From: Takakia lepidozioides
Lineage: Eukaryota; Plantae; Bryophyta
Direction of reading: 5' to 3'
DNA: 64,000 bases
NCBI GenBank assembly: GCA_030704615.1
Contig: CM060733.1
Location: forward strand, 49,910,001-49,974,000
Part shown: one piece after another, positions 11,243-20,453 of the stretch
How the letters are laid out: each line of letters opens with the position of its first letter
Position numbering within the stretch: position 1 is the stretch's first letter
The notes under the pieces: model-generated
Told to the model about the DNA's origin: nothing
Databases searched by the model: none
The model's input: only the letters and a program-made list of their open reading frames with translations
Translations under genes and position numbers: made by a program

Positions 11243-14200
11243 ATGCAAAGTGTGGCGGATGAGGTCCCTCAGGGTCAGGGGAAGGAGACCATAGTTGATG
11301 TTGACGATGAGTTTTATGAAAGCAAAGCCGCTGAGATGCTGGGGGGTCAAAAGGTGAACTCTCAGCTTGTGGTTCAAAGTATGCTTGCTCCTGGTGGGAG
11401 GTTGAAGATTCCCCTGTGTAGGTTGGTTTCCATGCCCGTCGTTCGTCCACCCCTTGTCAAAGACATTCTCAAGCTGGAGGCCGAGTTTGTTCATGGGTAT
11501 TTGGATGGATCCGTAGTCTTTTACGTTTCTACTAGGGATTCTAGAGGTAACGAGCTCCTTGTTGATGAGTCAATCGTCGACTCCTGGGACCCCATTTGGA
11601 GACAGGTGAACGAATCCTTCGAACTTCTTCTCTCCAGGAAACCTTCCACCCAGGTATTCTCGGGGAAGATGTTTCACGTTTGGGATGGCAACCACCGGTT
11701 GCTTGCATGGATGGCTGTCATTGGGAGGCTGCACTCACAGGAGGAAGAGTGGCATTACTCTGTTCGATCGATGGTGCTTGATTGTGATGACAACATGATG
11801 GGTCTTCTGACGGCAATGAATGATGTGAACAGGTTGGTTTCTCATTGTACATGTTGCACTTCTGGTTCCGTTCTTCCTTGATTGAAGTCCTTGAATTACA
11901 TTCTGAAATTCAGATATCATTCTGCAGAGGGACGGAGACATCGCATGTCAAAACGAGTCTGGTTCACACACTGTATAGGATACAAAGGATCGGGCAGATG
12001 CCCTTGACCAACTTCAAGACCATCCTTTCGGCAGAGATGTATAAGAAATGCGAAAGCTCCAAGACTTCGGAAACATGGTACTCGTTGACCCGTGAGGCTT
12101 TCATGGAGTACATGTACACGGTGAGATACATCTTCCTTCATCTGGCCTTTCCATATTCCTGCTTCCACATGTTTGTTTCTCTCTGTCTCCCTTGACCTTG
12201 GATTGATGCAACTCTCTTGCATTCCCTTGCAGCAAGACATTGCAGATGCAGGGGAGCGTGGCAAACTGGAATACTACAGCTCTACCCCTGAGGAGAGAAG
12301 GACAGCAAAGGGGGTTGAAAGTCACATCCAGAAGGAGATGAACGCTACAAGAAGGACAATAATGAGTGCTTTTGTGAAGCAGTTGAGAATGGCCGACCCA
12401 TCATTCGGGCCGCAGTTTCTCCTGGAGATAAAAAACCATTATAACAAGCCAGGCAAGCCGGAGATGGCCCAGGAGAAGTTGCACAGGTTGTCTACCGCCG
12501 TCGTGTCTTCTGAACAGAAGGTGAAGTGGCTACAGATATGGAACTCCGATCCCACAGTTAGGGATACCCACATGTTCCCAAGGCCAGAGAAGGAGAAGAA
12601 GACCCAGCGTGTCGTTCCTGTCAGTGACAATGTGCTGGACAACTGGCTTCACAAGGCCACTTACTGGAGCCAGGTGTGATGTCCTCTCGTATCTCACTTT
12701 CTTTTCTCTTTTCCTGTCCTTCTCTTCCCATTGCCTCTTACATTCGCTGTGACTGTTTTTGGGTTCATTCTTCCATTTCAATTGTTTGCAGTTGGAAGAA
12801 AGGGCCCGATCGGTTCTGCATACTCAGCTGGCTGACTATGGCATCACTATGACAGCTCCGAAGGTCTCCTTCGAAGCATACATGAGGAAATGGAGAGCCA
12901 CAGTGTGGCACTCTGGTTTCTTTAGAGAGTTCAGCAAGGAGGGTGGCATCAGTCGAACAAATGAGCTTGACCAGCAGGAAAAAGGAGAGGAAGCCTGGAA
13001 ACGATGCCTTTACAGGTGCACACCCTTGCACTCTTTGCTTGTGTTGTGGTTGCAATGTGTTGTGTGGCATACTGTTTAAGGGGGTCTTCCTGGTGTGTTG
13101 AAAAAGCTGGGACACAATATGTGCATTGGATAATGAGGCTGTGTCTGTTCGTGCAGGTACATTAAGTTTGTTCTCCTGGAAGAAAATTGCTTGGACAAAC
13201 ATCCAGATTTCGTGGACCTTTGGCTTGTCCCTGCTGGTAACCAGACCATGTTCACTGCTGGGATCTTGCATGACTGGGGTCCGGACCATCTTTCTTGTGG
13301 TTGGTATTTGGATTGCCCTCCTTCAGAGACCCCAGCTGTAGAGTTGTCTTTGAGGAGAGAGAATGACCGTATTGCAGCCACTGCCGCAGCAGCGGACCTC
13401 GACATTCATGAGCGTAATCTGAGGACTCTTGCAGAGAAGGAGCCTCCGCTCAGGATACCCCGGGTAGAGGAAGAAAGGCAAAGGGAAAAGATGTTGCTGG
13501 TGTTGTGGGGACGGGAAGGGGTAGAGGGAAGGTGGCACAAGGGCAGGGAAGTGTTGCAGCTATTGGCCCTGTGGAGCATGTCCAGCAGACTCCACCGCAT
13601 GGTAGGGGATCCGGGAGAAAAAACAAGGGTGTGGTTGATCCCAAGGACCCGTACCATGCAGTGGAACATCCCACGAGGGTCATTCGTCCAACCAGGTTGG
13701 AGATTGCCAACGTCGGGTTCCTTGCCATGATGGAGTCGAAGAAATCTGATTACAAGGGCGAGCCATCACCAGTGTGGGAGAGGATTGTCGAGTTCCTCAG
13801 CACGGTGCGTGTTCTCTTTGGGTTCTGTGGCTTCTGCTCTCTTTGTCTGCTGTGGGCATGGATCGTTTATAAACTTGTCAGAATTCCATTGTATTTTTGT
13901 TTGCAGGCTAAAATGACCAAATCGTGGGTGAACGGGAAGGAGAAGCCATATGCAGCGGAACTCATCATCTTGGACATCCCTGATGGGTTGGCAGTCCCGG
14001 ATATCCCTCCATCGGGTGCTTGTCCGGGTTGGAATGCATTTGATGAGCGCTACTGGCGGTGGGTTTTTTCCTTTTGCAACTTCTTCCTTTCCGATGCAGG
14101 TGTTTTGGTTCTCATCCAGTCCATCGATGTTCGGTGTCGCCGTGCCCTTGCCAGCTATTTGAAAGCCTCGGGCATGAGAGTCCTGAAGACATGGAATTGT

Positions 14201-15351
14201 GTGAACAGCATGTACCTTACGAAGGGGGATCGTCCGGGAGAGATGGTGAGTTTCCCTTCTTCTTCCTCTTCTTTTTTGTTCTGGGATTGTGTTGTATAGG
14301 TCGCTCAAACTCATATGTAGGGGCCCGATTTTATTTTGGTTCTTAGTTCCTTGTGGATGTCATGTTCGCAGACTCGTCTGTTTGAAGCTGTTTGTCTCGT
14401 CCGGGTGCATCCACCAACGACTCCGGCCGGCATTACGGAGTTTGCCATCACTCACGGGGGCAAGTTCATAGATGACAGGACAGATCCTCCCACGGATGAC
14501 ATGCATCACAACTACGTCGACAGCAACGTGTGCTTGCGAAGGGGGAATGGGGTTCCTTGGAGAGGGGCGAGGGAGAGGAGCCCGGCTTTCATTCAAACGA
14601 TTGTGGAGTGCTGCACCTACACAGACGCCAGAGTTCTGGATTTGTCGATGGGCACAGGTTCGTCCCTTCAACATTCACATTTCATGAGGTTTGATTGAGC
14701 TTGCACTTTCAGCACTTTCCACCGTTCCGAATGTGTCTTCAATGTCTGCTTACTTCATTCTATTCCACTGCAGGTGCTTCGTACCACGCTTGCAAGGCCA
14801 GTGCGCGACATGTCTTTGGGATTGAAGGGGATGCTGAGATTTACAAGAACCTCCTGATGGGTTTGGGTGGACACACTTCTCAGGTCCTTCCGAAGCCCCG
14901 TCCCGCTGATACTGGTACAGAGGAGACTTCTGACAAGGAGCTGGACTCCGACTTTGCCTGTGAGTAAGTTGAACCTGTGCATGCTTGCATTGTTGTTTCA
15001 TTATCGAGAATCGCTGTTCTTGAGGCAAAGTGCACATGGGAGACATCCTCTTCGTTGGACTTGTGCATTGCATCATTGTGTTAAAAATGGGATTTTGTGG
15101 ACATGTGTAGGAGTCCGCGTGCTTCCACTTGCCCTCCTGGGCTATCACACCTATTTGGACTTGTTTTCAGTCCTCCTCGGTCTTGTGTGCTACCTGTCTA
15201 TGCGGAGGCACTCGCAGCAAGCATGTCCGTTCATGGCACTCAGAGTCCACCTTGCGATGGCCTTCGTAGAACACGTGGTGTTGGGGCCAGAATCTTTGTA
15301 GATGACATAGCACAGGAGGTGGACATTGATTGTGATGACTGCGACACTTGA
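11243..15351 (+). CDS. Spliced ParB/Srx-like plus beta-class N6A/N4C DNA-methyltransferase-like fusion protein (~1050 aa; one apparent frameshift)
   Basis: Phase-consistent GT-AG exons: 11243-11832, 11928-12120, 12233-12673, 12792-13015, 13157-13804, 13907-14245, 14372-14657, 14774-14963, 15111-15351. The N-terminus reads IPLCRL..VR...KLEAEF..G....FYV...FHVWDGNHRLLAW (ParB DGxHR). The C-terminus reads ELIILDIPDG (motif IV), FLSDAGVLV, RERSPAFIQTIVECCT (X), VLDLSMGTG (I), RHVFGIEGDAEIY (II/III). A 1-nt frameshift is needed near 13420-13460. Confidence 0.75.
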
Positions 15352-15604
15352 TATGAAGTATTCTTTTGGTTTAATTCTGGGACAAATTTGAAATGGGATG
15401 GTTGTGTGTCCTTATTGTCCTCTTTGCAATGTGTGCATGGAATTCACATTCATGGTTCCAAACTATTGTTGGAGATGGGGGTTGCATGGACTGCCCGGAT
15501 TGTTCCTTCAATATATTTGTTGTTTTGTGGACCTCACAGACTTGAGTACATTGCAAAAACAAACAAACCACTTTGTTCTCAATTCTCAATTCTCCCCACA
15601 TCAA

Positions 15605-15740
15605 CCCGCGGAAATAGGTGACACCACTCGGAAATAGGTGACATCCGCGGAAATAGGCACTGTTTGCATGCTGACGTGACGTGAGCCTGTGCTGGGCTCA
15701 CGCTTTCCTGGGCTCACAGGCTCACGCCTCCAGGCTCACG
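15605..15740. repeat. Cluster of short direct and inverted repeats (cggaaatagg x3; ggctcac x4 with inverted gtgagcc)
   Basis: cggaaatagg at 15609, 15629 and 15648; cgtgagcc-7nt-ggctcacg dyad at ~15680-15702. Confidence 0.7.
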
Positions 15741-15821
15741 GAATAGCACCCCCCATCAGATTGCTCCTTTAACTCTCCGATTCCATTCATTCCACAGCTT
15801 CACTCAAGTCTCTCTACACAG

Positions 15822-16484
15822 TGTGATTGTATCGAACAATAATCAGATTAAGAATCATCAGGTATCGTGTCTATGCCATGGTGTCTCTGATCTACCCTCC
15901 TATATAATCCTATAGCTTGTACAAACTATGTCACAATCGCGTCATCCTCTTTTCTGCTGTGGAATCATCCTCCCTGTACTCCAAGATCGTGCCCTCAGTC
16001 CGACCTCCTCCCGTGATGTCTAAAAAGAAGTTTTTTCAAAAAGTCCCCGCTCCTCGCTTTATCTCCCCACAAGATGTTCTAACCACCTTCCTCACTAACC
16101 GTCACCCCTGAAGTAACATATTCCCTCTGCAGATGTTGTTCCCCCACAGTCGTTCCTTGTCATGATAACCGTTCCCCATGACTGTGACAGCTGTGTCAAG
16201 CTGTGACTGGCTGTGCGAAGCTGTGTCGACTGTGTCGGGCTGTGATTGGTTGTGCGAAGCTGTGTCGGGCTGTGACTGGCTATGCGAAGCTGTGTTGACT
16301 GTGTCGGGCTGTGTCTGGCTGTGACAAGCTGTGACGGGCTGTGACTGACTGTCTAAACTCCTTAAAGCCTGCACTTGTCACCCCTAAGGCTCCTGTTGGT
16401 CTCAGTCTGTGCAAAAATTAAGGGTACCCCACAGAACCCGAAAAAGTGTCTAAGTCCCAAACAGCCCCAAGCAGCCCTCTAACA
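15822..16484 (-). repeat. 3' LTR of gypsy A (left boundary approximate) containing a gctgtg-rich minisatellite
   Basis: Starts with TG immediately after the PPT and probably ends ...atcaCA at ~15822. Degenerate ggctgtga/gctgtgtc repeats span 16180-16350. Confidence 0.6.
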
Positions 16485-16522
16485 TTACCCCTTCCCCTCT
16501 CAAAAAGCCGTGTCCTCACGGT

Positions 16523-19500
16523 TTATTGTTTAGGATCAACAAACCTTTGTGAACGAACACCCTTTTGCCGGTGAGAGTTCCTTGGAGGGCTCTGTGTGCA
16601 TGCCCGAGTTCTGTGACTGGCTGATGGAGATGATTGAGCACTACCTATAATTGTTCTCCTCTCCTTTGGTTGATAAGGAGGTAACTCCTCAGGCATATGA
16701 GATCCCCGTCGTCGTTTGTCCTCCATTGCTAATTCGTAATCCTCCGCCATGTCAAAAGAGTTTTCTGAAGTGTCTGGTGTAGTATCAGAATCATCATCAC
16801 CTCTGCGGCCTTTCGGTGGCCTGATCTTCTTGGGCATCTCAGGAATCATTCGTGGCATACAATGTTGTCCCACCATGTCTGGAAGTTTAAACTTTATGAC
16901 CTGTTGTAAGCGCATGCAAGCAACGTTAGTGAACTCCAGCAACTCTTTGTCCGTATAGATGAGAGGCGTTCCGATGACTTTGGAATAGTGTAAGTATTTC
17001 CAGGCTGCTTGTCCCTTATAAAAAATATCAACCATGCCCAATTTTTCTTTGGCCAAGTTGTTCCAAGCCAAAGTAAACCATGAATGAAGTTGGGCATCCT
17101 TCTGCAGCATGACCTTTGCATCATATAGGTACGCATGACCTTTGCATCATAGGTACGCATGAGGTGGAACTGAAGGTAAAATCCAATGATCTCCAGTGGA
17201 ATAACTCAGAAATCTTGACTGCATCTTCTGCTGCTCAATGTGATAACGTGCAATGAAACAAGCAGCATAGTATACTCCACAGCCCATGACCAAACTAGAT
17301 GTGTCCGTGAACAACCTAGAAGGCAATTAATTCCTTCAACATGGTGCTTGCTTCAGACCAGTATCTTGCAAAATGGTGATCTTCAATAGGCCGATTATCC
17401 AAAAGAACTTTAGTCCGGGTTGCCACTGGCAACCAAATGCGCATGATCTGATAATACTGTGCGAATGACTGTGGAGGACTGAATTTCTTCCAGTCCAAAT
17501 CCATCACAATAGGAATTTGGTTGAAGGGCATTATCATAGCTTGATTGTACTCAAGTGCAGCAGGAGTCCTTGGTGGGTTGAAAGCAGCATCTCCCCATAC
17601 CTCAGGTTGTGTGGCTGTTGTAGCAATAGGTTCAATCACCTGCACCGCCACCTGCTGTGGTACTGGTACCACTGGCCCTTCCACCACTGGTGTCTCCTGC
17701 ATCTCTTGGGAAGAAGACTGAAAAATGAGAGCTCTGGCCTGTAAATAAGTAGCCATCAGCTGCTCCTCCGGAACAAAGACTCTCTTGTCAATGTTTGAAC
17801 TCAAGTCATCCACTTGAGTCTGCAGTCCTTCCACATCCTCTTGTAGCTCTGCTATCCTACTATAGACATTATCTATAGTACTTGTGGCAATGTTCTGCAC
17901 CTGAAGTCTGAAGTCATTCATCTCCTCCCGGGTGAGCTTCCTTGGTGCTTTTCCTTCAACTGGCCCTTGTGCTAACCAGACCTGCATAAGATGGTCATCC
18001 ACCAAGTCCTGTGTAGCACCCCTGAGAGTCTGCTCCTCCTTGAGTTTGTAGGCATTTAACTGCTGCTGTAAAGCCTCCATGCGCTTCGCATGAGGTTCGA
18101 CTAAACTTGCATAAGCAGCAGCTAGATTATTGGCTTCCTTTGCTGCCTTGTTAGCCACAGAGAGTTGATTCCTATTGGCCATGAGTGTTTGTTGCAACTC
18201 CAGGATGTACTTCTCCTGGTTCGCCTCAACCTGTCTGCACTGTTGGAAAGTATTCTCATTGCGACGGATTGTATCCTTCATATCAACAATGAGTTTGGTT
18301 TGCTTCATTATCTCAGTTTTTGCCATTATACATCTCTCCCCTTGCTTGTTAGCTTCTGCTGCAGATTGCTCTAGAGTAGTTGTGAGTGTAGCACATTGTA
18401 TTGTCATCCTCTGATATACTGCCTCCAACTCTGTATGTAGTACCTTCGCCTCTCGCAACTCACCCTCATGCTTCATCTGCAGTTGGAATAACTGTTGTTT
18501 ATGTGCTTTATGGAACAAGTCCTGCTCGAGACCTGCTTCCATCAAATGTTTTTTAGCCAATTGCAAAGCAGCCTTTGTATCCTCCAACTCGTGTTGTAAC
18601 TTCAGATTGACCTCCTCATCAACCTTGTTAGCACACTCAGTGGCCATCCGAGCCTCAAACTCCTTCCTGAGTTCCTCCCTCAAAGCTGCCAATTGGGTAA
18701 TTGGAACATGGGATTTCACATAAGTTCCCAACACATTGAGTGTGCTGCTTATGGAACTCATAAGCATGGCCTGTTGTGAGTCATCATGGTGGACTTGCTG
18801 CTGTTGTCCCTGATCTTCCACAGTGTGATGCCGCACAAACCATTCATGCCATTGTTCTACCAGATGCTCTTCCTGAACCCCCTCATCCTCCACAGGTGCT
18901 GTTGTGTCCTGATGTTCTACTTCTGGGACCTCTGCCACAGGTGTGGGTATTACATGCACAACAGGGATTTCCCTGTACAGACTCTGCACTTCCGGTACTA
19001 CTGTTTCCCTGACCAAGCCAGAGTCTTCATAGAGAAGGTCCCCCTTCTCAATTTCTGCCACAACCTGTTCTGTTGTGGGAATATCTAATTCTTTTTTTTC
19101 CAAAGCAACAGGTTCATCTTGTTGTGATGGCTGTGATACCGACGTAACCTCCTCTTCTCTCACCAAAGGTTGTGCTGTCTGTAACAACAGCTCTCTGTGC
19201 TGCTGTGCCCCTTCATGCACAAGAGTTTGGGAAACATCTTCTTGCGGCTCTCTTGAAGCCAATGGCTCTGCCCCTACTGTGATCCCCTTTATCTGTCTCT
19301 TAGGCTGTTGTTGCTCTACCAGTCCCCCCTCACCATGTGAAGAACCCTGCTCCTCCATTGCAGTGGTTGCTGCCTCAAACACTCCCATCTCCTTTCGTTC
19401 CCTCGCATCTAGTATGCAAGAGTCCAGAATGATCTGCGCAATGACTGGGCCAGACACTATGATTGGAGACTTAGCAACAGTGTTTTGCAATCTCTTCATC

Positions 19501-20453
19501 TCCTCTACCAGACCATTGTACATTATTTGTGCCCAAGCTACATCTTCTCCTCACAATGCTTTCAGTATTTCCTCTGTAAATGACTTGCTCAAATACTGTT
19601 GGTTCTGTTTCATGGCAAACAGAACGTTCAGGATTTGGCCTACCTCTCTGAGCCCTGGGTACTCGGCCTTGGTGCAAGCATAACCCTGAGTCTTAAAGAA
19701 ACTCCTCTCTTGGAACATACTCCCTATTTGTAATCTTGCCCTTTGCTCATCCACCTCTACCTGACCCGATGGCAATTCAAATAATTGCTGTAGGTACTGG
19801 GGAGTAATTCCTATCTCTACTCCCCCCACCTTGGTTACTCCTGTCTTAGGCTCAAAGTTTTGCAGAAATTGCAGCATGTACTGCCGATGATGCAATGACC
19901 AATCCTTGCATAGCAACCCCTCCAATCGCAGCTCCCTTAGTAGCTGCACCGCCTGTGGTGTAGCAATCGTTTGCTTCTGCAATATTGTGGTGCTTTTCAC
20001 CCTGATATCCTCCATTCCTCTCACTCTCTTCATTCTAGACAAACACAAAGGTTTTGGTTGCAACAACTGAAGAAAATCCTGCAGGGCACCGAGCCTAAAA
20101 GTATGGTGGGCACAGAATGAAATGGTTAAGTGTTTGTAAGCCTGTGGGGCTTGCAAGTAGCGATTTAGAGAAAATGTACTCTCCATTCGCCCGTTCTTGT
20201 GCCACTGCGTAATTAGTAAGGCGAGCGTGTAGTCTGTTATTTCCACCATAGCTTCAAAGCTATAGCTTTGATTGTCTCTCCCGTTACTCGGAACCACGCC
20301 GACTCTTGCGCTCATAATTCCTCTAAATTCTTGATCTTGCTTCTTGGAAAATACCCTCTGCAGGTAATTCTGGCTCATGATTGGCTGTTGGCTCTGTGAT
20401 TGGTTTTCTAATTTAATTCCCTTCAGTGGATTTTCCCCCCCTGGGCTGTCCAC
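16523..20453 (-). pseudogene. Large extra ORF in the env-like position of gypsy A (plant-transposon/Athila-like domain, coiled coil, C-terminal domain); disrupted
   Basis: 19551-20453 and 17316-19523 are in the same frame, separated by one TGA. LQFLQNF...VGGVEIGITPQYLQQLFELP...VAWAQIMY resembles the Athila/Transposase_32-type domain. A long Q/E-rich heptad region follows. 16523-17110 continues after a ~25-bp duplication at 17107-17160. Confidence 0.6.

Noticed and set aside
13805-13906. Hydrophobic transmembrane-like segment in ORF 13505-14299
   Set aside because: It is a 102-nt in-frame GT-AG intron read through by the ORF finder.
11243-15351. Bacterial contamination as the source of the ParB-MTase
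   Set aside because: The gene has multiple phase-consistent spliceosomal introns and is embedded among plant TEs and genes.
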